Assembly (NCBI GenBank): GCA_965644295.1
Contig: CBFFRP010000017.1
Coordinates: forward strand, 138,355 to 202,354
Source of the DNA: Paraphysomonas bandaiensis
Taxonomy: Eukaryota > Protista > Chrysophyceae
DNA: 64,000 bases
Direction of reading: 5' to 3'
Translations under genes and position numbers: made by a program
Part shown: in pieces, positions 51,156-62,200 of the stretch
Layout of the letters: each line of letters starts with the position of its first letter
Numbering within the stretch: the first letter of the stretch is position 1
The notes under the pieces: generated by a model
Database searches by the model: none
What the model was told of the DNA's origin: nothing
What the model saw: the letters and a program-made list of their open reading frames with translations, nothing else

Positions 51156-52373
51156 ATGTTCATAGTGGATAATGTCGATATATCATCTGGGACTCTGGGA
51201 GGTCTGGTGATAGGAATGGCGTCTACAGGGTTCCTTCTTGTCACTGGACGGCTGTCAGGTGATCTCCTCTGCAGTGCTCTCATATCGCTCTCACTGTGGT
51301 GATCTATTATTATATTGGGATCAGGGATATCCGGAATAGTAGAGAATTTTCTAGTGCCTGGGTCAGGCTGGAGCAAGTCCTGGAGTTGCAGCTATGTGGC
51401 GGGTCTTGTTGCGGCTGGACTCCTCACACATGGCCTTCTTCCTGGTGCTAGTGCTGTCTACGGATCACCTGTATATATGGACGCCTTGGCTGGACTTCTC
51501 GTCGGATTTGGGACAAGACTGGGACATGGGTGCACCAGCGGGCATGGTATGATGTGAATAGCTGGAATTGATTTCTATGTAACTATAATACACTCAGGCA
51601 TTTGTGGTCTACCACGATTTTCTATGCGCTCCTTGGTTGCGGTGGGAACATTCATGTGTACTGGATCCCTTGCAGCATATGCTAAGCGATATTTAGTTGA
51701 GTCTAATACGTTACCGGGCCTCATGGAGACGGTTCCATTTTCAGCAAATACTGTTCTCGCTGTTGCAATACCCTCAGTTGTTACGTTTGGAGTGATTTAC
51801 TCCATGCTTTCTCTCCGCAAAGGAACCACTTCCTCAGCCGCGCAGAAAAACATCTCTCTCCCAAATTTGGCTGTTGAGCATCTTTCCGCTTTTATCTGTG
51901 CTGGTTTGTTTGGATATGGTCTGCAACTGAGTGGAATGTGCTCCACTGAACGCGTGGTGCGATTTTTGGATTTTTCGTCACCAAACGGGTGGGACCCTAC
52001 TCTCATGGGAGTTATGGGTGGAGGTGTAGCGTTCAATGTGGTTTCTTTTTATCTTTTGCGGCGTTGGAACCCTCAAGCCATGACGTGTCCTATGCCTAAA
52101 GACTCGAAAGAGTCCACGACCATGCAGAAGGTTATCAAGATGGGAGGTCATTGTGACAATACCGCCATAACAAGCAGTCTTGTGCTCGGGTCGGCTATAT
52201 TTGGCATAGGATGGGGACTAGCTGGGATATGCCCAGGCCCGGCGATAGTGTCCCTGGGTATGGGGTCCAAGGTCGCTGGTGTCTTCGTTCCGTCGCTCCT
52301 CGTAGGGATGGCTGTACATGAAGTTGTCAAACCTTCACCAAGTTCGCATGTTCCTTCGAAGAAGAGTGCCTGA
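51156..52373 (+). CDS. YeeE/YedE (thiosulfate transporter-like) fused two-domain membrane protein (3 exons)
   Basis: [59 protein letters not shown], FLDF...WDPTL, GSAIFGIGWGLAGICPGPA. Confidence 0.92.
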
Positions 52374-52667
52374 AACTGATGAAGTGTACTCCAATATGAT
52401 TGAATAAGTTGTAGTTGAAATAACAATAAGGTTATTGTAACTGTTCATTCAATGTATCAACTTTTGTGTCATTACTGAATACTGAACTATTGAATGTAAG
52501 TCACCTATGTGTCTTCCATATATATGGCTATCTAGCTTCACTCGCAACGTAAGCAGCTAAGACGAATGTACAACTGTTATATATATGCCTCATCTAATCT
52601 ATTTATCCCATAGTACAGACTATAGGACTTTTCGTTGTATACGGCTAATCTCTCATCTTTCCATTCG

Positions 52668-53420
52668 ATGATGTAGTTATATTTAACCACGGGCAGTAAG
52701 GAGGTTGCTTATATTGTCCCCCGCTCAAAATTTCGAAACGAGGGCGAAAAGCCCGAGTTTTAAAATTGAGACATGGGACGATACTCCTTATCCCTAGGTT
52801 AAATTGTAGCTTATCCTCAGGATGTTGAAAACTTAATATTAGATTGTATAGCTATTAGTAGCTGCTTGCTGTAAAAAGAAAATGTCTTTCCTGATTGGCA
52901 TTAAGAAAAATGAATGGTATGTATACTGGCTGTGTATTCTTTGGGAATATAGCAATTGCACTATATTGTTTCCTAGCTCTGGTATGATATGAGGCACACA
53001 GTATCCAGTATCCTGATAAGCACTATGTAACTCAAACCCTAAAAGAACTGGACACCACTGTCCTTAACCACCTATATAGCATCATATATGGCATTTAAAC
53101 TCTCCTGAAACAATCTTGAAGTTGTTACGAAGTCCTGGTTATGAAGATAGATAAGATAGATCGCTTGCGCTGACATTATTATGATCTTATACAGCAGTCG
53201 AAGGATGGAATATAACTTGGAGTGTTTTGATGATCTGCTCTTGATAGTTTGTTCATGATTGTTGTTTCTCTCATATAGTATAATATAATGAAATCACATC
53301 CATATGACTGTCAATATCATAATAATAAAGATAGAAGTGAGCTTCTGTTGAACCGAATATTGAAATTGAATGTGTATATTAGCCCGGTGCTGATATAGCG
53401 CTCTGTTGAGCCAAAATCAG
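52668..53420 (+). repeat. Interspersed repeat, Crypton-like non-autonomous element(s)
   Basis: Left part matches 27415-27875; right part matches 9165-9455 inverted; internal near-palindrome CGAGGGCGAAAAGCCCGAG; no TIR or TSD seen. Confidence 0.6.
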
Positions 53421-54380
53421 ATAAAAAAGCTTTTTTAAAGACAAAATGATGATAAGTGTATAACTATGGCAGAATATAGGTGGTAGTCTGAACTCTGATT
53501 TATGCAGTAACGAGTATATTATTAGCGCTATACGAGAGAAATCGATATAGTCTCAGCACTCGATTGAGGATGCACTCATTTTCGCTACCGATGAAATCAT
53601 TTGTCATCATTAATTACAAGTACGAGTGTAACACTAAATCGTGAAAGGTAGGAAACTGGTCGCAGTAGAGTCACTTTGAACTTCTGCTCCATATGCCGCT
53701 TAAAATGTTGCATCTACTGCTAACTGCTACGAACACAGCCTTAATATATCTAGGTAATATCAATTTATGTTACAGAAGGCAGAGCCCATGATCCGACTTA
53801 AACACACAGTTCATTGTATACACTTGCATTAAAATAGCAAGCTGAGTACGTAGAATAGCAAGTATGCAGTTATCCTAGGCTAACCGTTAGATGCAGGTGG
53901 GTAGTTTAGTCCATATAATTTGAACTAAAATGTACGGGTGACGACTTCCTCCCTGTATCATCACATATTACGTTCTTATTATATTCATTTGACTGTAAGA
54001 TCCAGAGATGCATGAGGACCTCGCTCTGTCTGTGGTAACGACCGGTGTGCGTGTGTTCCTCTCGTGTCCACATGACTGTTTTTGTGTCCAGCCAGCTTCA
54101 TATGTAGACCATAAAATGACAGTTTGTGAAACCATTAATTACAAAATTGTATGGTTTTTACAGATTTTTTCTTATAACAAACGGAAAAGTGGGGTTATAG
54201 ATACGGAACTGCTGGTATACTGCAGAGCAGGATACTCATCTGCATGCATGTATGTATGTGTGTCGAGGTATACTTGATCATCATCTCTGCAAAGGGTGCA
54301 GCATATGGAGTGATAGACATACATACATACCCACTACTTCACTCATATCTCCAGTCATATCTCTCTCAAGGTTATCAGCA

Positions 54381-56467
54381 ATGAATCATCTCAACAAGTG
54401 GGTTCCTGAGTCCGACCGTAAGCTGTTTCCTCTGTTTCTAGTGGGGGCGCTCATGTTCTTCACTGTGTTTGTTAAGGTTAGTGGGACCATTAGTTGCTGT
54501 GTATCATATATCAGGTCATACGCTTATATTATATCAGGGAATACCTCTCATTACTCTCATTAATGAGAAGATTGGAGGGGATAAGTATGACCCATCTGGT
54601 GAGGCGATTATTGTGGAGGTGCAGTACTATAAATGAGATCTTAGCTGTTAGTGATTTATGTTAAAGGGAACGCTATTTGTAATTAGATCATGTGTTAAGT
54701 TCGTCACTATGAATTATGGATGTGCTCTTTCTGATCATCTTGGAAGAAAGCCGATAACTTTATTTTTTATTCTACCTAATATTATTATGGACGTTATGCT
54801 GATATTTGGGGAGATTCAAAAACCAGTTATATTCAGTGTGGGTGCCTTGTGGGGCTTAACGGCCACCACAATACCTACCTTACGAGCATGGGTTTGTGAC
54901 ATATGTGCTGATGATCCGCTGGAGGTATGTAGAGCAAACCCATGATTCCGCGGTTTATAAATTAGCGTAGATGGTTAATGCTCAAGGTGCATTCAGGGGA
55001 ATGACTATCGGTCCGGCTACTCTTATTGGCATACCACTTGGGACAGCATTTGCTCTTTGGTCTAATCCTAAATATGCCTTTGTTTGCTCTCTACTGGCAA
55101 ATGTTTTAGGGATAGTGATAACGCTTCTATGCTCATTGGATGATACCATTGGCATCGCTAGAGAACAACAGAGGCGACGTGACACTGAGGCTAGTCTGCA
55201 AGCACTGCAATCAGAAGCTGTTCGAGCCTCGTCTTCACATTCTGGTGTTGGTTCTCTCTCTCCAATGCACACAAATGGCGGCTTGAACGCAGAATATGTG
55301 AATGGTGAGACCAAGAACAGCAGTAGCTGTGCTCAGCCCGAACCGATTAAGCGTGCATTTCCCAGCGAAGGCATAGCATCTTTTGCTTATACTCATGCAC
55401 CGTGGGCAGGATTTGAAGTAATGCTAGAGCTTCATGCACAAAATCCTAACGTTACATTTTTATGGTTGTCCTACTTCCTCACTTACTGCGCTAATGAGGT
55501 ATGACTTCGTATTGTTTTCATGGTTGTGTAATTGAAGTGTCGTGAATTTTTGTTTTGGGTGCATATATCAGTTCGACTACTAGTGGTCGTATTTTAATTT
55601 ATGCCTAGACTTATATTCACACATTATTCAACTATTTATTGGTTGGAGGAGGCTTTACGCCGCTGGCAGCAGCGATGGGATTCTTCGTTGCTGGAGCTAG
55701 CTATAGGTGCGTTAGACATGTATATTAATCTGTGAATTTATATGTCGGTAGTATTTGCATAATAATATTATATGTTTCTGTAGTGTTGCCACGGAACAGA
55801 TGCTGCGGCGTGTGGGTGCGGTGAGAGGCAACCTCGTAGGAATGGGAATATCTTTTGTTATGTAAGATATATTAATGTCTATTGCTCTGACGCACATATA
55901 TCTGGTGTTATTTCTTTGCTTATATGTAGATCTGCCCTCGTGTCGTTGTCATCCTTCTTTCAACCACTGGCGATGGCGTGTGGGTGGCTATTCATGCTTT
56001 TTCTGCCACTTGATTGCTCTCATGCCGGAACAAATGGTCTTATCACGCGAATGTATCCGCATGACAGACAAGGTATACCTTCATTCCGAGAAATAGAAAT
56101 GAGTATTGTAGGATACCCCTTATTGTTCATTTGTTTATATCGCTACCCGACATTTCTGACTATATTACTGCATGTTTCTCTCTCAGGGGAGGTGCAAGGA
56201 GTATTGGAACAGATAGCCACTCTCGCTGTGCTAGGTGGGTACCCTGGCAGCCTTCTATTCGGGTACTTTGTTCGTGGAAGTGCTCCAGTATATTGGCCTG
56301 GGGCATCATTTGCCCTTGCTTCTTTATACTCTCTCGTTGCAGCAGGGATCTTTTACAGATACGTATACGTAAATAGTGATCGAGTCGATAAATTTCCTGT
56401 TGCCTCTAATAGCGAGTCTTCTGATGGCAACGAGAAATCCGCCCTCACAGCGCAATCTGTGTTGTAG
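54381..56467 (+). CDS. Major facilitator superfamily transporter (TetA/MFSD14-like), multi-exon
   Basis: Motif A-like ALSDHLGRKP, RAWVCD, QGEVQGVL, YWPGASF; many hydrophobic helices; GT-AG introns. Confidence 0.85.
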
Positions 56468-56665
56468 ATCTTTTGCCGTATTAGAACCGAGGAACTGCCT
56501 CGCCAGTTTCATGTAGAAAAACTACAGTTTTTATACAATACAATTGTAATAATATATTAAATATAAATGTTAATGGCAAATGAACAGTTGACTCCGTCAC
56601 ACCAGCAAAATAGTAGAATATAGTCAGAGCGAATGTAAGACATCTACTTGAGGTTGCGTCATCAG

Positions 56666-57310
56666 TGTTGGAATACGTATGGTTCTCTAAGATAGTACTG
56701 TAGAATACGTTAAATACAATGTGAAAAACAGTAATACATAGTCAATAGTCAAAGGTGCTATATAGCTATAACTGTGAAACTGAAGTATTATATCATGACG
56801 ATTCAAGATACGGAAGTTGAGCAGTGGTTGACATGAACGAAATAATTTATCATGTTGTTGACATGTGTTACATGACAACACACACAATTGTGTATACAAT
56901 CATAATAAAGTAATCTATCTAGTTTGACTAACTTAAACTTCTCTTACAACGATCTTAATCATCTGAAAATGGTCATTAGTCAATATGGTAGCGAATGCGG
57001 AGGAGAGAAGGAGGATAGAGCTGATGTTCCATGGTTCGACGAGAGCAACGTTGAACAATGGATCGAAGACTTTGAGACGTTCCTTATGAGAAAGGAGCAG
57101 AGTGAGGTGGCTCTAGAAAGGCCACCAGAGGAAGAGGATTTCGGAATTCAACCCCTGAATAGTCTTGAGACCAAGTCCTACAAAGAAGCGGTGGACAAGT
57201 ATTGGAAGGCGAATGCAATTGCTTACTCATACTGCAGAGAGGCGGTGAAGCGATCTCCGAAGGCGCTGCAGACAGTATTATACGGAATATCAAGAACTTC
57301 TCCATCAACG
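56666..57310 (+). mobile_element. Truncated copia relic (element 3): 5' LTR, PBS and gag N-terminus
   Basis: Putative 320-bp LTR TGTTG...CAATA (56666-56985) with the GAAACTGAAGTAT motif; then TGGTAGCGAATG; VPWFDESNVEQWIEDFETFLMRK matches the gag starts of elements 1 (LPKFDQFGVVNW..WLMRK) and 2 (VPPFEELNF..FLMRH). Confidence 0.8.
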
Positions 57311-57509
57311 CAGCCGTTGATATTGTAGACAGTATTATTAGCCGTTGATATTGTAGACAGTATTAGTATTCATGATTCATTATACGATAATAATCATTAT
57401 TTTGTACTTCTGTACTTGGGTATTGCTTTGCACACATACACATATGTATGCAAGCCCACAGTAATATTACTTAATAAGTAGTACTCAATCTCTGTGATAT
57501 AACAATATT

Positions 57510-58199
57510 ATGGGGGAAAGTAAGAGAAGCAAAATAAAAGCAGCTCCTCAAATAGAGGAATTGTTAGCTGCTTCGGGTTCTTCGTCTAAAAAGACGAAAA
57601 GAGAGAGAGAATCCTCTCGGAAACGAGCAAGAGATGCAACAACATCATCTCAAATGCAATCTTCTCCTCAAACTGAAACATCAGTAGAGGCGGAAGGAGA
57701 ATTGAGTGGAGTATCATTTCGTGAGCTCTCTTCTTCTCAACCAAAGAGAAAGAAGCAAAGGAGTGGAGATCCACACCCCAACAGGAGTGAGCGTATTGAC
57801 TTGAATGAAGTCATTGCGACGGAATCCACTCCACATGAAGTAATCAATACCGACTCTATTCCCTACTTAGGTAGTGTGCAAGATGAGGATATCATCGAAT
57901 TTTGTGAAAATCTCTCGAAAAGAGATCCTAAAGGGACAAAATTCATAAGGTCAGAAATCATGGCACCAACAGTGCGTGATATGCTTCAATTTCAGCGACA
58001 GCAGGATTTTGGAGATGAGTCTGACGAGGACTGGCTAGATCCAAACATTGTAACTACTGAGGAATTGATTCAGTGGTTAAAGCAAGAAGCCTTTCTAGAG
58101 GAAGAGGAGCGATACTCTGATACATTGGAGCCTCTTCCTAGGTTCATAGATAATATCATTGGACCAAAGGTTTGCAATGGAACTCAGGTTGGGACCTGA
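57510..58199 (+). CDS. Hypothetical 229-aa ORF, possibly a retroelement gag fragment
   Basis: Open frame with basic/Ser-rich N-terminus and acidic C-terminus in a TE-rich zone; no recognisable motif. Confidence 0.3.
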   Translation: MGESKRSKIKAAPQIEELLAASGSSSKKTKRERESSRKRARDATTSSQMQSSPQTETSVEAEGELSGVSFRELSSSQPKRKKQRSGDPHPNRSERIDLNEVIATESTPHEVINTDSIPYLGSVQDEDIIEFCENLSKRDPKGTKFIRSEIMAPTVRDMLQFQRQQDFGDESDEDWLDPNIVTTEELIQWLKQEAFLEEEERYSDTLEPLPRFIDNIIGPKVCNGTQVGT

Positions 58200-58864
58200 G
58201 AGCCAAACTCTAAATAAGCTAAAACTCGCTTTAACAGAGAGAATGCTGCTTATTATTAACCTATACTACTTCTGCAGTACTAAATGCTTCTCGGCACCCC
58301 AAGAAACTAAAGCACAACTCACCAGCTATGCAGTTCAGTACTAAACAGAAAAGTGACGAGCTACAACAACCAACAAAGAGAGAACAAGGTTAACTAAAAA
58401 GAATGACGATGCGCTTGAGCGTTGACAGCCACACAGTGACTAAATCCAAATTTTCTGCGAAGGAGTGACGATATTTATGAATATTCTTGGAGAATTCTTC
58501 TTCTTCATACTCTACACATTAATGTATGGACTCTGCCGTATACACTCTCAACTGCTGCTCATCTAAACGATAATGGGCACTCGACCAATCAGCATTGAGA
58601 ATAGGGAAAGCATTGGTTCAGTATTCGCTTCCTGTATTTATACAGTGTAGGGTACAGTATACTGACACCGTATACCTACGAGTGATATAGACGCATACAT
58701 ACGATAGAGGAATACTGCAAATACATCATATACAGTGTATACGGTATACAGTGCGGTTGCTGAGAGGAGATGCAGCTCGCTCCTAACTGCCACCTTAATG
58801 TGATTGCAGCACACATACCGAACATACTTATAAGCGAGCAGATTATCGTGAAAATTGAACAATA

Positions 58865-59171
58865 TATTAATTTACGCTTTTAGTTAGTGCAATATTGACT
58901 GATTGATATTATAGGAGATATAGTAAGTTTATGATGTTGTAGCCCTGTGAGTTAGGAACCACGTCATTCACCAACATCAACATTCTGTTCTACAAATCAT
59001 ATCTTTAACAGCTACTATATTTTCAGTTTCTTTGTATACTTGTAATAGCTACTCCTATACTGTAGTCATGTATATTCTGTATTTCATTGCTACATAGAAT
59101 ACAGGATAACTACTAGCGATTGACTTTACCAAACTTCAAGTACGCACGTAGGAGTTGGTTGTAGTTCAATA
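58865..59171 (-). repeat. 3' LTR of copia element 2 (307 bp, TATT...AATA ends)
   Basis: Bounded by the PPT on one side and by the end of identity with 63737-64000 on the other. Confidence 0.9.
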
Positions 59172-59219
59172 CTCCCACTCAATGAACATATCAGAATATA
59201 CTGTGATGAGCAAGTCTAC

Positions 59220-62200
59220 TTAGTGCGATACCATAGTGTGCACATGCTGATAGTGCAGCTTCTCGGACAAGGCTTTAGTCATCACGTCTGCTGTCATCTC
59301 TGCCGTTGGCACATGATTCAGCCTGACGATACAGCCTCCCACTTGCTCTCGAATCCAATGATACTTGATCCGAATATGCTTGGAACGTTTATGATTTACC
59401 GGGTTCTGAGCTAGATCAATCGCACTCTTGCTGTCCATATTCAAGATTGTTGGAGACGCATTCTTACTGAGCTCAAATCCACGAATTCCGAGCTCTGTCA
59501 TCACCCCTCGTATCCATACAATCTCCTGAATTGCAGCATATGCAGCCATATATTCAGCTTCCATAGTCGACGTAGCCACTGTTGGCTGCAGTCTGGACTG
59601 CCATGCAATTGGAGCACCCCACAGATATACGATATACCCTGTAGTGGATCTGCATGTATCCAGATCTCCGGCCCAATCTGCATCAGAGTACACACATAGA
59701 GGGTCTTCATCTGTGAAATTAGGAAATATGATACCTTGATCAACTGTATTTTCTAAATACAATAAAGTATGCAGAGCAGCTTGACATGCAGCGTACGTGG
59801 GTCTTGTGGTGAACCGGGAGAGAAGATTTACTGTATATGCCATGTCTGGTCTAGTATGCACTGCCAAATACATTAAGGCACCAATAACAGATTGATAGGG
59901 AAATGCATCAACGTATTCTCTCTGTTTTCGAGTTTCTTCCTCTTTTGCATCCTTGGACAACTTTAGGCCAGGTGGTAGAGGTGTGGTTGCCTTGCACCGT
60001 CTCTTCTTTTCTGACAACAAGTGATTGAATCTGGCCACAACATCTTTAGCATATGCAGACTGATGTAACTTAATCTGGCCATTATGACGCTCAATGGTAA
60101 GACCTAAATAATGCTTAAGGTCCCCCATATCTTGCATGGCATATTGAGTCTTAAAGGCGCTGATGACTTCTTCAATATGACGGCTGTCAGAGCTGAGCAC
60201 AATGATATCATCTACATACACAAGTATCATATGTAGGTTATCATCAGTACCCTTGAGTACAAATAAACATGGGTCAAGAACACATTGTTTATACCCCATC
60301 GCCTTTATACTGTCCTTCAGCATTGAATGCCAATTTCGAGGCGCTTGTTTTAGGCCATACAAACTCTTCAGAATCTTCAAACAACAGCCTTGTGGAATAT
60401 CTATTCCTGCAGGTGGAGACATAAACACGTCTTCGTCCAGATCTGCATACGGAAATGCCGTTTCTACATCGAGTTGACGGAGTTGCAGATTGTATCGCAG
60501 AGCCAGTGCTAGTGCTAGCCTAAATGATACACCTTTAGCTACTGGGGAGAATGTCTCATTATAGTCGACTCCTTGTTCTTGAGTAAACCCTTTCGCCACA
60601 AGTCGAACTTTGAACTTCTTAATTTTTCCAAGATGGTCGCGCTTTACTTTAAAGACCAATTTAGATTTTATGATTTTTCGGTGTTTCGGCCTTCGGACAA
60701 TCTTCCAGCATGTCCTTCGTTCAAGCTTGTGCACCTCCTTCCTGGTAGCTTCAATCCAGTATGTTCTCTGTGGAGTCTTCTTTGCTTCTGCCAGCGTCTG
60801 TGGCTCTTTAATTGTGCTGTTGGAGGAATCAAGAAACAATGAGACATCGCCGAGGACACCAACGTTAACAATGTGCCGTTTTTTTCGAGGTCGTTTTTCA
60901 GTTCTGGGATTTCGATCTGCCCCACCTGTTGAAGATGCGCCCCGATTTGAGCGGTCAGGAGTCCTCTGTTCATTGTCACTGTCATTACAAGTCTGATCCA
61001 ACTCATTTCGCAAACTATTAAACTTGTCGGTCTGACACTTTGTAGAGTGAGTCATCTTTACTACATCTTTGATATGAATTGGAGTTTGCTCCTCGGTAGT
61101 ATTTCCTTTCATATCTAATCTCCTATATGCAACAATGACTCCTCTTCTCTCTATCACTCTGGTGGTAACATAACACAGGTGTCCATCAAGATGTCTGAGG
61201 CCCACCAGGTACTGATAGTCATTTACACTCTCTGCTGTTTCTGAGGTGTCGATTTGTAGATTATCTATTTCGTCGAAATACTCCTGTGAACGCTCTGGAA
61301 TTGACTCATCAAACTGTGCATTGACTGCAACAATAATAGCATTCAGGTCTGGAATATATATTTGGTGTCCAACAGGTTGTTGACATTGTCCCATATAGTA
61401 TCCAGGTTTTCCCTTTTCTTTCCACTCTTTGCGGCGCTGCTCCTTCGGCACAATAGCCCATGCCTTGCAGCCCCAGATCTTCAAGTCACTCACATCTGGT
61501 GCGGTTCCAGTAATATACTCAAAAGGTGAGATGTATCCTTTCGTTGTCTTCGTAGGTAACCTGTTGATCAGATATACAGCATGCAAGACTGCTTTGAACC
61601 AAAATACTGATGGCATGCCACTATCGAGCAATATAGCAAGGGCCATCTCCTTCACTGTACGATTAGTGCGTTCCGATAGCGAATTCATTTCGGGTGTGTC
61701 ACGTGGAGTCCAAGTAACCTGTACAGTCCTTGTGCTGGTGGTTTCACGTAAGTACTGCCTGACATGTTGCCCTACTAGTTCTCCTGCGCCATCTGCATGA
61801 TATCGTCGTAGTTGCAATCCTTCTTTGACAAGTTGGGTCTCTACCATGTCCTTCATACACTTTAACACTTCACTCCCAGTCTTGTTTTTCAACCCATAAG
61901 CCCATACATGTTTTGCATCACTGTGCTTGAATAGTAACACATGTTTGTAGCCTTCCATCGATGGCGTGTTTAGGACTTCCATCGTATCTGCACTGAGCAC
62001 CCCTCTCTCCTTTGGGTTGTTGTCTAAGTTCATCAACTGGCGTGGAGTCCTGAAGTTCTTTCTCGTGAGTTTCGATCGCATGCAGGTATTACATTTGCAT
62101 ATCGTTTTTTTGTGTTTTTTTCTGAAATATTTCTTGTCCAGATTTATTCCATCAACTAGGCCTCGGCGGTCGGACTCAGTCAGTTTATCATAGTTGACAT

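Noticed and set aside
57312-57365. ~26-bp tandem duplication at the end of the gag relic
   Set aside because: Likely a repair scar at the truncation point; no further structure.
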